Positions 36,364 to 45,923 of a stretch of 64,000 nucleotides of DNA are shown here, piece after piece. A program made the position numbers and the translations under genes. The notes beneath the pieces were generated by a model. It saw only the letters and a program-made list of their open reading frames with translations. It had not been told where the DNA came from and made no database searches. This DNA comes from an uncultured Actinomycetes bacterium (GTDB lineage Bacteria > Actinomycetota > Actinomycetes > Mycobacteriales > SCTD01): NCBI GenBank assembly GCA_963784675.1, contig CAWASE010000016.1, positions 7,267 through 71,266 on the forward strand, read 5' to 3'. Position 1 is the first letter of the stretch; each line of letters begins with the position of its first letter.

Positions 36364-37038
36364 GTGCACACCACCCGGGACCTGCTGCTCGACGCGGCGA
36401 CCGAGGCCGTCCTCGGCGGCGTCGACTGGAACCGCCTGCGGATGGCCGACGTGGCGCGCGCCGCCGGGGTGAGCCGGCAGACGCTCTACTACGAGTTCGG
36501 TAGCAAGGACGCGCTCGCGCAGGCCGTCGCCATGCGCGAGGCCGAGCGCTACATGGCGGGGGCCGACGACGCCGTGGCGACCTCGTACGTCCCCGACGTC
36601 ACGACGCCGGGGCGCGCCGTCGCGGCCGCCGTGCGGTTCACCCTCACGGCCGCCGTCGAGAACGTGCTGCTCAAAGCTGTGCTGACCGACGACAGCGGCG
36701 CCCTGCTGCCACTGCTGACCACCCGCTCCGAGGCGCTGCTGGCCGTCGTCGACGCCCATTGCGCGACCTATCTCACCGCCCACTGGCCCGACCTGGACCC
36801 CGCGCTGGTCCGCCTGGCCGCCGACACCGTCAACCGCCTGACCCTGTCGCACCTGGTCCTGCCGGGCGGCCGTCCGGACGAGGTGGCGGACGACCTCGCC
36901 CGTCTGGTCGACGCGCTGCTGCCCGTGCCGCCCCCGCCCCGCGACCCCTCGACCCGACCCCTGCCCTCGACCCGCGCCCTGACCTCGACCCGCGACCTGA
37001 CCTCGACCCGCGACCTGCCCGGAGGAACGACCGCATGA
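36364..37038 (+). CDS. TetR-family transcriptional regulator
   Basis: HTH RMADVARAAGVSRQTLYYEFGSKDAL. Probable GTG start at 36364; the track start at 36346 is a TTG inside a palindrome. The repeat-containing C-terminal tail overlaps the next gene by ATGA. Confidence 0.85.
   Translation: MHTTRDLLLDAATEAVLGGVDWNRLRMADVARAAGVSRQTLYYEFGSKDALAQAVAMREAERYMAGADDAVATSYVPDVTTPGRAVAAAVRFTLTAAVENVLLKAVLTDDSGALLPLLTTRSEALLAVVDAHCATYLTAHWPDLDPALVRLAADTVNRLTLSHLVLPGGRPDEVADDLARLVDALLPVPPPPRDPSTRPLPSTRALTSTRDLTSTRDLPGGTTA
36946..37017. repeat. 18-bp tandem repeat x4 in the TetR 3' end (PSTRPL/PSTRAL/TSTRDL/TSTRDL)
   Basis: Units at 36946, 36964, 36982 and 37000. The last two units (acctcgacccgcgacctg) are identical. 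Confidence 0.85.
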
Positions 37039-38152
37039 GCACCCACGAGCTGTACACGATCCCCGCCGAGCACCGCACCTGGGACGTCGAGATGGAGGGC
37101 GCGGCGCGCTTCACCTGGGAGTACGACGACGGCCGGGACCGGCTGCTGTCGCTCTACCAGAAGGGCAAGGACAAGCAGTGGGACTCCACCACCCGCATCG
37201 ACTGGTCGCTGGACGTCGACCCGAACAACCCGCTCGGCATGCCCGTGGAGGCCATCAGCATCTACGGCACCGACCAGTGGCGCAAGATCGAGCACGACCA
37301 GGACGCGATCGACGAGCTGCAGCCGGCACCTGACGTCCTGGCAGTTCAGCCAGTTCCTGCACGGTGAGCAGGGCGCGATGATCTGCTCGGCGCGCATCGT
37401 GGAGTCGGTCCCCGACCTGGACAGCAAGTTCTACGCCGCCACCCAGACGATGGACGAGGCGCGGCACGCCGAGACCTATGCGCGCTTCCTGCAGGAGAAG
37501 GTCGGGATGCTGTACCCGATCAACCAGCACCTGAAGTCGCTGCTGGACGACACCCTCACCGACAGCCGTTGGGACATGCCCTACCTCGGCATGCAGGTGC
37601 TCATCGAGGGCCTGGCGCTCGCCGCTTTCGGCGTGCTGCGCGACATGACGACCCAGCCGCTGCCCAAGCAGATCCTGGCCTACGTCATGCAGGACGAGGC
37701 CCGGCACGTCGCCTTCGGCCGGATGGCGCTGAAGGACTACTACGCGCAGCTGTCCAGCGCCGAGCTCGCCGAGCGGGAGGAGTTCGTCGTCGAGGGGTGC
37801 TACCTGATGCGCAACCGCTTCCGGATGCAGGAGGTGTGGGAGAACCTCGGTTTCGACGTGACAGCAGTGCCTGGCGGCCGTGGAGACCGCGCCGTTCTAC
37901 CAGGCCTACCAGTCGCTGCTGTTCAGCCGCATCGTGCCGTGCGTGAAGGACATCGGCCTGTGGGGCGACAAGGTGCAGAAGGCCTACGCCGACATGGGCG
38001 TGCTGGACATGGCCGGCATCGACCTCAACGCGCTGATGAAGCAGGACGAGGACATCGCCGAGCAGGTCGACCGCGAGAAGGCTGAGCTGGCGGCGTCCTC
38101 GGTCGCCGTCGAGCAGACGATCGCCGTGGGCGCAGGCGCCCTCCCGGCCTGA
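37035..38152 (+). pseudogene. ferritin-like diiron (AurF/oxygenase-like) protein with two frame breaks (~37322 and ~37860)
   Basis: Three consecutive pieces in frames 0, 1 and 2: MSTHELYTIPAEHRTWDVEMEG...DAIDEL | RHLTSWQFSQFLHGEQGAMICSARIVE...MDEARHAETYARFL...MQDEARHVAFGRMAL...NLGFDV | QQCLAAVETAPFYQAYQSLLFSRIVPCVKDIGLWGD. Two E-x-x-H diiron motifs. Confidence 0.75.
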
Positions 38153-38173
38153 CGGCGAGGCCCGCCCGGGCGC

Positions 38174-39572
38174 TCAGCCCGCTCGGGTAGCCCCTGGCAG
38201 CACCAGCTGACGCAGCCGGACGGCCTGCTCCGGCGCCCACCACCGCAGCAGCGACCACCAGCAGCCCAGGTACAGCAGGCCGGCCAGGGGCAGCTCGACC
38301 AGCAGCGGCAGGGGGCTGACCAGCAGCACCGCGGCCAGGACCAGGCTCGCGAGCGCCGGTTCCCGCAGCGGCACGAGCAGGACCACCCGGACCCCGTCGC
38401 GGTGCAGCAGCGTCAGGAGCCCGGCGGCCACGAGCAGGTAGGACGCCGTGGTGGCGAAGGCCGCGGCGGCCCCGCCGAAGAGGGGGATGAGCAGCAGGTT
38501 CAGCCCGACGTTGGCGACCGTGCCGCCCACGGCGCAGGCCAGCATCGCCCCGTGGCGGCCGCGGGCCTGCAGCGCGGCGTTGGAGAGGTAGGCGAGCCCG
38601 TAGACCATCGGCGCGGCCGCCAGCCAGCGCAGCGTGCCGCTGGAGCTGGCGGCGTAGCCGTCGCCGAAGAGAAGGCTCAGCAGGGCCGGCGCCTCGATCA
38701 GGCAGATCGTCCCGAACGGCAGATACAGGGTGCCGATGGCGGCGACGGCCGACTCCAGGGCCCGGCCGGCCACCTCCCTGGTCCCGGCGGCGTTCCTCAC
38801 GGTCGTCGGTCAGCGCGCCGAGCAGCACCCCGTCGACCCGGAACAGCGACATGAGCACCAGCGTGGTCAGACCCAGCACCCAGGTGGAGCCGAAGAACTC
38901 CGTCATGGCCGGGCGCTGCCACGCCGACGGGGTCACCCGCAGGCCCAGCGGCCGCACCGCGACCAGTGCCGCCAGCAGCCCGACCAGCGAGCCGGCCAGG
39001 AAGGCGACGGACAGCCCGACGACGCCGGCGCCGGCCGACAGCGCACCGGTGATCATCACGAGCGTGACGGCGCGCTGGAAGATCATCGCGCGCGACGCCG
39101 GCCCCTGCTCCTGGGCGGCGGCAGCGGCGGCGCGGACGCTGCCGGCGAGCACGTCGAGCAGCACGGCGGCCAGGACGAGAGCCAGCACCAGCCGAGCCGG
39201 ACCCGAAGGCCGGAAGGGCGCGGCCACCAGCCAGCCGGCGGTGAACAGCGGGACGCCTATCAGCACCTCCCAGCCGGCAGCGCGGGTGAACAGTGCCGGC
39301 AGCAGCGACGGGTCGCGACTGCCCCGCTCGGCCATCAGGGCGTCGAAGCCCCACTCGACGGCGGCCGACAGCAGAAGCGCGAGACTGAACGCGTAAAAGA
39401 AGGCACCGAAGTCATCGGTGCCGAGCACGCGGGCGGCCAGGGCCGTCCACAGCAGGGTGGCCACCTTGCCCAGCACGTTGGCCGAGGCCGCGACGGTCGC
39501 GTTGCGGGCGGTGCGTGACGTCACGTCGGCACTGCGGGGTGGCGGCGCCGCGGTGGCGCCGCCGGCCGTCAT
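38174..39572 (-). pseudogene. polysaccharide biosynthesis flippase (MOP/Wzx-like), frame break near 38800
   Basis: The ATG at 39572 gives MTAGG...NATVAASANVLGKVATLLWTALAARVLGTDDFGAFFYAFSLALLL... through ...FRVDGVLLGALTDD. The TM-rich C-terminal half (track ORF 38174..38800: ...ALESAVAAIGTLYLPFGTICLIEAPALLSLLFG...) is in another frame. Confidence 0.75.
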
Positions 39573-39591
39573 CGCCGCGGACGAAGGAGGA

Positions 39592-40452
39592 TCACGGGCC
39601 CTTTGGCTTTTCGGCAGGGCCGGCGGAGGGGCCGGACGCGGCGGCGTAGGAGGGCGAGACACTCTGGGCGGTGCGGCGCAGCAGCCGCCGAGCCGGTTTC
39701 ACCAGGCCAGCTGCTCGCCAGACGACCCGGTAGTGCGGCCCGGCCGTGAGCTTGATGCGGAACGCGGTGAGGCTGTCGGCCGGCTTGATGTCGGTGCGAG
39801 ACAGCGCCCAGCGACCCTGATCGGCGTAGACCGAGAAGCCGACGGCGAAGCCGGCCCGGCGGACGGCCTCGACCGCACGGTCGTCGAGGTCACCGTACGG
39901 ATAGGCAAAGGCCTTCGGCCTGCGTCCGGTGGCGTCTGCGACCGCCTCGGCGGCCGCCACCGTGTTGCGGCGCAGCGCGTCGTCCGTCATACCCAGCATG
40001 GTCTCATGGTCCCAGCCGTGCACCCCGACCTCCATGCCCAGGGTCGCCAGCTCGCGCAGCTGGGCGGCGGTCAGCAGCGGCTCGTCCGGCTGCTCGGGCA
40101 GCCAGCGCGTGGTCGCGCCGAGCAATGCGGGCGGCGCGAAGAGCACCGAGGGGGCGCCGGCCGCGTGCAGCACCGGCGCGCCGTGCTCGAGCACGGACAG
40201 CAGCGCGTCGTCGATGGTGATCAGGCAGGCTCGCCGCTGCCTGGGGCGCCCGTCCAGCGCTGCCAGGTACCCGTCGAGGTCGAGGGTCTGCCATCCCCGC
40301 TCGCGCAGGTGCCCCAGCTGCGCGGCCAGCGCGCTGGCGGTCACGTTCAGGTGGTACGGGTCGTCCTCGCGCGGTGCGCCCGCGAAGCCGTGATACATCA
40401 GGACGGTCGGGCGGCGGGCGGGCGGGCTCATCGTGGAGGTGTCGTCAGCCAC
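39592..40452 (-). CDS. polysaccharide deacetylase (NodB/CE4-like)
   Basis: VLMYHGF, CLITIDDAL, GVHGWDH, FAYPYGD. The GTG at 40452 is preceded by aaggagg; the track start at 40470 would include that RBS. Confidence 0.8.
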   Translation of the reverse strand: MADDTSTMSPPARRPTVLMYHGFAGAPREDDPYHLNVTASALAAQLGHLRERGWQTLDLDGYLAALDGRPRQRRACLITIDDALLSVLEHGAPVLHAAGAPSVLFAPPALLGATTRWLPEQPDEPLLTAAQLRELATLGMEVGVHGWDHETMLGMTDDALRRNTVAAAEAVADATGRRPKAFAYPYGDLDDRAVEAVRRAGFAVGFSVYADQGRWALSRTDIKPADSLTAFRIKLTAGPHYRVVWRAAGLVKPARRLLRRTAQSVSPSYAAASGPSAGPAEKPKGP

Positions 40453-40561
40453 CGACTCCTCCTTGAGCACACCCGCGCCTGGCGAGGGGCAGAATAGCGC
40501 GCGCTGCCCGGTCGCGGGTCCAGATCAGGGCGTTCGGTGCCGAAGAAGGTCAGGTGGACCC

Positions 40562-42955
40562 ATGTGCAAACCTCTGCCCGTGACGGTCGTGCCCCAGCGC
40601 GTCCAGGGACGCGCCCTCGACGCCCTCGACGCCATCGACGCCATGGAGGCCATGGACCGGGTCCGCCTGGTGCCTTCCCAGGCCGGTGAGCAGTCGGCCG
40701 GTCCGGACCGCGCGGCGGGTCGCCAGGCGGACGAGCGGCCGCCGACGGTGCTGCACGTGGCGGAGACCACCGACGGCGGTGTCGGCACGGTGCTCCGTCA
40801 GCTGCTGGCTGCGCAGGTCGAGGCCGGCTGGCGGGTGCTGGTCGCCGCTCCCCACGACCCCGTGACCGCGGCTGCCATCGGTGCGGCGCGGTGGGTCGAC
40901 TGGCGTCCCGGGGCCAAGCCCGGACCCGGCTGGCCCGGGCAGCTGCGCACCCTGGCCGCGCTGGTCCGGACCGAGCAGCCGGACCTGGTGCACCTGCACA
41001 CCTCGATGGCCGGACTGAGCGGTCGGCTCGTGCTGCGAGGCCGCCGCCCGACGCTCTTCCAGCCGCACTCGTGGTCGTTCTACGCCGTCACCGGCCCGGC
41101 CCGCCGCGTCGCCCTGACCTGGGAGCGGTTCGGGGCTCGCTGGTCGACGGCGGTCCTGTGCGTCAGCGAGGACGAGCGCACCCAGGCCGTCCGCGCCCGG
41201 ATCGGCGGACGGCTGCAGGTCGTGCCCAACGGCGTCGCGCTGGACGGCGTCCGGCCGGCACGCGAGCAGGCTCGGCGCGACCTCGGGCTCAGCCCGGACG
41301 AGCCGCTGGTGGTGTGCGTCGGACGGTTGCACAGGCAGAAGAACCAGCACCAGCTGCTGGACGTCTGGCCGCAGGTGCTGGCTGCCGTCCCGCTGGCCCG
41401 GCTGGCGCTGGTCGGGGAGGGGCCCGACCGCGACGCGCTGCAGGCCCGTCGTCCCGAGCGGACGCTGTTCGTCGGGCACACGTCCGACGTGCCGACGTGG
41501 CTGGCCGCTGCAGACGTGGTGGTGCAACCCTCGCTCTGGGAGGGGATGTCGTTGTCGCTGCTGGAGGCGATGGCCGCCGCCAGGCCCGTGGTGGTCACCG
41601 ACGTCCCCGGCATGCGCGAGGTCGTGCGTCCCGGCACCGGCGCGGTGGTGGCGCCCGGCGACGACGCTGCCCTGGCGGCCGCGGTGCTGGCCCGCCTGCA
41701 GGATCCCGCCCTCGCCGAGCAGGAGGGCGCGTCGGCGCGGGCGTGCGTCGTGGCCGAGCACGACCTGACCCGCCAGACCGAGCAGGTGCTCGACCTCGCC
41801 GGCACGCTGCTGCGGCCGGCGCAGCCGTCGGGCCGCCGTCTCCGGGTCTTGGTCGTGCAGCCGTTCTCCGGTCACGGCGGCTCGGAGTCCTGGTTGCTGC
41901 GACTGCTCGATGCCACCGACGAGCTGGACGTGTCGGTGCTGCTGCTGCAGGACGGGCCGCTGCGGACCGAGCTCGAGGCGCGCGGGCTGCCCGTGGTGGT
42001 GCGTCCGGTCGGCAACTCCCCGCTGGACCTGGTGGCTCCCGTGCGCGAGCTGACGGCGCGCCTGCGGTCCGACCCGCCCGACGTGGTGCTCGCCAACGTG
42101 CTGAAGGCGCAGATGGTCGCCGGCCCGGCGGCGCGACGAGCCGGCGTCCCGGTGGTGTGGGCCAAGCATGATCACAGCTACGACCGGACCCTCGCGCTGC
42201 CGATGTCCCGGTTGGCCACCCGGGTGGTGGCCGCCGTGGAGGAGCTCGGCGTGGCCGCACGGCGCTCAGACGTGGTGGTGGTGCCCCCACCGCGCCCGGA
42301 CCGCGACCCCGCACCGCGCAGCGAGGCCCGCGCGCACCTGACCGCCCTCGGCGTGACCTTCGACGACGACCACCCGGTAGCGGTGATGGCCGGCCGGCTG
42401 GTGCCGTTCAAGGGGGTGGACGACGCGCTGCACGCGCTGGCGCTCCCGGAGGCAGCCACCTGGCGGCTGGTCGTCGCCGGCACGGACGACCCGTCGGCCC
42501 CCGGTGAGACCCGACGGCTGCAGGACCTGGCCGACCAGCTTGGGGTGGCGGGACGCGTCTGCTTCGCCGGCCAGGTGCCCGAGGTGAGCCACTACCTGGC
42601 GGCCTTCGACGCGCTGCTGGTGCTGACCCGCCCGGGCGGTCGTCGCAGCCCCCGGATGGAGGGCTTCGGCACCTCGGCCTTCGAGGCGATGCTGGCGGCG
42701 GTGCCGGTCGTGGCCGTGCGCGGCGGCGCGGTCGTGCGGCGGCTGGAGGGGCGCGCCGGCATCGGCGTGGGCCCCAGCGACGCCGTCGGGGTCGCACGCG
42801 CGCTCGGTCGGCTGGCAGACCCTGCTGTGCGCGCCGCCGCCGGACGAGCCGGCCGCGAGATCACCGCCGACCACCCGGACGCTGCCGCGTGCGCTGCGTC
42901 GCTGGTGGAGGTGCTGCGGCAGGCCGCCGGGGCCGGGCGGAACGCCCTGCGCTAG
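40562..42955 (+). CDS. tandem double glycosyltransferase (two GT4-type modules in one reading frame)
   Basis: Module 1: VLHVAETTDGGVGTV...HLHTSMAG...VCVGRLHRQKNQ...PSLWEGMSLSLLEAMAAARPVVVTDVPGMREVV. Module 2: LRVLVVQPFSGHGGSES...MAGRLVPFKGVDD...MEGFGTSAFEAMLAAVPVVAV. No stop lies between them. The start is uncertain: ATG at 40562 or GTG at 40748 directly before VLHV. Confidence 0.8.
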   Translation: MCKPLPVTVVPQRVQGRALDALDAIDAMEAMDRVRLVPSQAGEQSAGPDRAAGRQADERPPTVLHVAETTDGGVGTVLRQLLAAQVEAGWRVLVAAPHDPVTAAAIGAARWVDWRPGAKPGPGWPGQLRTLAALVRTEQPDLVHLHTSMAGLSGRLVLRGRRPTLFQPHSWSFYAVTGPARRVALTWERFGARWSTAVLCVSEDERTQAVRARIGGRLQVVPNGVALDGVRPAREQARRDLGLSPDEPLVVCVGRLHRQKNQHQLLDVWPQVLAAVPLARLALVGEGPDRDALQARRPERTLFVGHTSDVPTWLAAADVVVQPSLWEGMSLSLLEAMAAARPVVVTDVPGMREVVRPGTGAVVAPGDDAALAAAVLARLQDPALAEQEGASARACVVAEHDLTRQTEQVLDLAGTLLRPAQPSGRRLRVLVVQPFSGHGGSESWLLRLLDATDELDVSVLLLQDGPLRTELEARGLPVVVRPVGNSPLDLVAPVRELTARLRSDPPDVVLANVLKAQMVAGPAARRAGVPVVWAKHDHSYDRTLALPMSRLATRVVAAVEELGVAARRSDVVVVPPPRPDRDPAPRSEARAHLTALGVTFDDDHPVAVMAGRLVPFKGVDDALHALALPEAATWRLVVAGTDDPSAPGETRRLQDLADQLGVAGRVCFAGQVPEVSHYLAAFDALLVLTRPGGRRSPRMEGFGTSAFEAMLAAVPVVAVRGGAVVRRLEGRAGIGVGPSDAVGVARALGRLADPAVRAAAGRAGREITADHPDAAACAASLVEVLRQAAGAGRNALR

Positions 42956-43033
42956 GTCGGTTCCGGCCGGGGAGAGGCCCCGGTCGGGAGGCAGTGGCGA
43001 GACTATGCTTTGTCCGGACGAGGGAGGAACGAG

Positions 43034-44431
43034 ATGTCACCGGTGATCCGTCAACCGGCGCTCCAGGTGCTGCTGCGCTCGAGATGGCTGATCATGGGGA
43101 TCGTCCTGCTCGTCTCCGGCTCGACGGCGGCGCTGTCGAAGCTGGAGACGCCCACCTACGTGGCGACGGCGACCCTGGTGGTGAACCAGCCGGTGGGGGC
43201 CGGCGCCAGCTTCGACGTGGTGCAGGCCAACCAGGCCTACGCCCGCACGCTGGCGGCGATCATCGACTCCCGCAACGTCGCCGACGCCGTGTCCCAGCAG
43301 ATGCCGTACAAGATCGCCCCCAACGACATCCTGGCGGCGATGAGCTTCCAGCCGGTCAACGAGACCCAGCTGATCCAGGTGTCGGCGTCCGGCTCGGACC
43401 AGCGGCGGGCCGAGCAGCTGGCCAACGCCTACGCCGCCACGTTCGTCCAGTACGTCCGCAACACGATCCCGGACGCGGCGCCGGCGTCTGGCCTGTCGGT
43501 GGCCGACCGGGCGGTGTTCCCTCGCTTCCCGGCCCGGCCCAAGCCGACGCTGTACACCCTCGTGGCCCTGGTGCTCTCCTTCGCCGGGGCCATCGGGTTC
43601 GTCCTCATCCGCAGCCGGCTGGACACCCGGCTGCACGACGCCGACGCGCTCAGCCAGCACTTCGACCTGCCCGTCCTGGGCACGCTCCCGCGCACCGACA
43701 CCAGCGAAGGCTCCGAGCGGCTGCTCGAGGAGTCGGTACGACTGCTGGCCTCCACGATGGCGCACGCCAGCGAGCGGCCGCTGCGCACGGTCGTGGTCAC
43801 CAGCTCGCGCGAGGGGGAGGGCAAGTCCACCGTCTGCGCCGAGCTGGCCCTGGCGCTGGCCAGCATGTCGCTGGTCGACCACTCCGTCCTCGCGGTGGAC
43901 GCCGACCTGCGGCGACCGCAGCTGACCGCCCGGCTCGGCATGCCCGAGCTGCACCCGGCGGGACAACGACGCGGCCTGACCAGCTACCTGCGCGACGAGC
44001 ACACGCTCGACGACGTCGCTGTCGAGACCGCGCTGTCCAGCCTGCGGGTGGTGCCCGCCGGGCCGCTGCCGGCGCACCCGTCGGCGCTGCTCGGCTTCCC
44101 GGCCAGCCGGACGGCGCTGGCCGAGCTCACCCGCAACGGGCAGATGGTGCTCATCGACACCCCGCCGCTCAACGTCGGCGCCGACGCTGCCCTGTGTGCG
44201 GTGGACGCGGACGCTGTCCTGCTGGTCGTCGACCTGTCGCGCACCCGCGCCCCGGAGCTGACGGCGGCGCTGGACCAGCTGGCGGCCGTCGGCGCGCGCG
44301 TGCTCGGCTTCGTCGTCAACCGGACCGCCGACCGCGACCGGTCGAACGCCTACGCGGCCTACTCGCGCGGGGTCTCGACCACGGGCCGGTCGCCGGAATC
44401 GATGTCGCGGCTGGGTGCACCGGCGGCCTGA
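43034..44431 (+). CDS. polysaccharide co-polymerase / tyrosine autokinase (Wzz domain + BY-kinase)
   Basis: The ATG at 43034 follows agggagg. N-terminal TM plus a Wzz-like periplasmic domain and a second TM. Walker A SSREGEGKST, Walker A' VLAVDADLRRP, Walker B MVLIDTPP. The C-terminal tail contains YAAY. Confidence 0.85.
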   Translation: MSPVIRQPALQVLLRSRWLIMGIVLLVSGSTAALSKLETPTYVATATLVVNQPVGAGASFDVVQANQAYARTLAAIIDSRNVADAVSQQMPYKIAPNDILAAMSFQPVNETQLIQVSASGSDQRRAEQLANAYAATFVQYVRNTIPDAAPASGLSVADRAVFPRFPARPKPTLYTLVALVLSFAGAIGFVLIRSRLDTRLHDADALSQHFDLPVLGTLPRTDTSEGSERLLEESVRLLASTMAHASERPLRTVVVTSSREGEGKSTVCAELALALASMSLVDHSVLAVDADLRRPQLTARLGMPELHPAGQRRGLTSYLRDEHTLDDVAVETALSSLRVVPAGPLPAHPSALLGFPASRTALAELTRNGQMVLIDTPPLNVGADAALCAVDADAVLLVVDLSRTRAPELTAALDQLAAVGARVLGFVVNRTADRDRSNAYAAYSRGVSTTGRSPESMSRLGAPAA

Positions 44432-45831
44432 CCGATCGTCGACGGGACGTCCTCGTCGGGCCATGCCCGCGCCGCCGCGGCGACGCCCGCCAGGACGAAC
44501 ACGGTCGCCAGGATCGTCTGGACGCGGTACTGCACGATGGTGAGGCCCTGGAAGGCGAAGCCCGCAGCGGCGCCGGACACCCCGACGACCAGCGGGAAGG
44601 TCTCGGCCCGCCGTCGGCGCCACTCCACCGTCAGGTCCCAGGCGATCCGCGCGTTCCACAGCAGGTAGGCCAGCAGCCCGAGCACGCCGAGCTCCACAGC
44701 CAGGTTCAGGTAGGCGTTGTGCACGTTCTCCAGCGCGTCGCCGCGTTCGGTCAGGCCGAGCGCGCCGCTGACCTCGCGGAAGCGCAGCGCGCCCACCCCC
44801 TGCGGCTCATCGACCACCAGCTGCAGGCTGCGGGCCCAGATCAGCGGCCGCTTGTTCTCCTGGGAAGAGCTGGTGACGGTACGCAGGCGCTCGGCGACGA
44901 CCTCGCTCGTCGAACCCTTCAGCAGCGGGTTGAGGTTCACGGCCGTCAGGCAGACCAGGACCACCACGATGGCCACCGTGGCGCGGCGGGTGGTGGCCCA
45001 GGCGAGGGTGACGACCCCGACGCTGAGCACGGCTCCCAGCAGGGCTCCGCGGGACAGCGAGGCCACCAGCGCCAGCCCGGACAGGCCGACGGCGGCGGCA
45101 GCGACCCATCGCCACCGGGCCCGGACGGCCAGGACGAGGGCGAGCAGCGGCGTCGCGGCCAGGATCAGGTAGGCGCCGTAGTAGTTGGGATCCGGGATGC
45201 CGTAGGCGGCGCGTCCGGTGACGTCGCCGCCGTTGGCCACGGCGCCCCCGCCCTGGACATAGCTGACCAGCCCGGCGGCCGACAGCAGGCCGGCGCCGAT
45301 CCCCAGCGCCAGCACGACCCGGCGCAGGTCCGGGGGGGCGAAGCCCTTCACCGTGAGGAAGACCAGGAAGAAGGCTGACCACATGACCAGCAGCCGCAGC
45401 ACGGTCGCAGGCGCCACCCCGAGGGCGATCCCGGGCAGCAGCGCCAAGATCAGCGCGATCTGCGGGTAGTCGGCGATCTGCGGATAGCGCACGCCCGGCG
45501 CCCCGGTGATCGCCCGCCACGCCCACCCGCACGCGACGATCAGGAAGGCGGCCTCGGTGGACGACAGCTGTCCGAGCGAGAGCAGCGGGACCTGTACCCC
45601 TTCGGCGACCGCGAGCAGCAGAGCCAGGCACACCGCGTACACCGGCCGCTGGCACGACAGCACGAGGAACGCGACCGCGACCGGCAGGGCGAGCGCCGCG
45701 AGGGGGGAGCCGTAGTAGCAGAGCAGCGCGATCACGGCGCCCAGCGCGACGAGCAGCCCGACGCCGCCCACCCGGAGGGCGGCAGACCGGGCGGACGCCC
45801 CGAACTCGACCGGGAACATCGTGTCTGGCAC
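44359..45831 (-). CDS. O-antigen ligase / Wzy-like polymerase family membrane protein
   Basis: About 11 or more TM segments. SLSRGALLG and ENVHNAYLNLAVELGVLGLLAYL (Wzy_C-like). The GTG start follows ggagg. The 3' end overlaps the BY-kinase 3' end by 73 nt. Confidence 0.8.
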   Translation of the reverse strand: MPDTMFPVEFGASARSAALRVGGVGLLVALGAVIALLCYYGSPLAALALPVAVAFLVLSCQRPVYAVCLALLLAVAEGVQVPLLSLGQLSSTEAAFLIVACGWAWRAITGAPGVRYPQIADYPQIALILALLPGIALGVAPATVLRLLVMWSAFFLVFLTVKGFAPPDLRRVVLALGIGAGLLSAAGLVSYVQGGGAVANGGDVTGRAAYGIPDPNYYGAYLILAATPLLALVLAVRARWRWVAAAAVGLSGLALVASLSRGALLGAVLSVGVVTLAWATTRRATVAIVVVLVCLTAVNLNPLLKGSTSEVVAERLRTVTSSSQENKRPLIWARSLQLVVDEPQGVGALRFREVSGALGLTERGDALENVHNAYLNLAVELGVLGLLAYLLWNARIAWDLTVEWRRRRAETFPLVVGVSGAAAGFAFQGLTIVQYRVQTILATVFVLAGVAAAARAWPDEDVPSTIGQAAGAPSRDIDSGDRPVVETPRE

Positions 45832-45923
45832 GGCAGGCCTCCGGTCCGGTGTGTCCGCGGCCGCAGTCTAGGACGCCGGGCGGCCGCGTCGGTGGCGGCC
45901 GGCCCTGCCGCCGGACGAGGCGG

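Noticed and set aside
42889-45378. 829-aa plus-strand ORF, and 43037..44659 (-, 540 aa)
   Set aside because: They overlap the BY-kinase (Walker motifs) and the Wzy-like membrane protein in wrong frames or on the wrong strand, and give Arg/Gly/Pro-rich translations.
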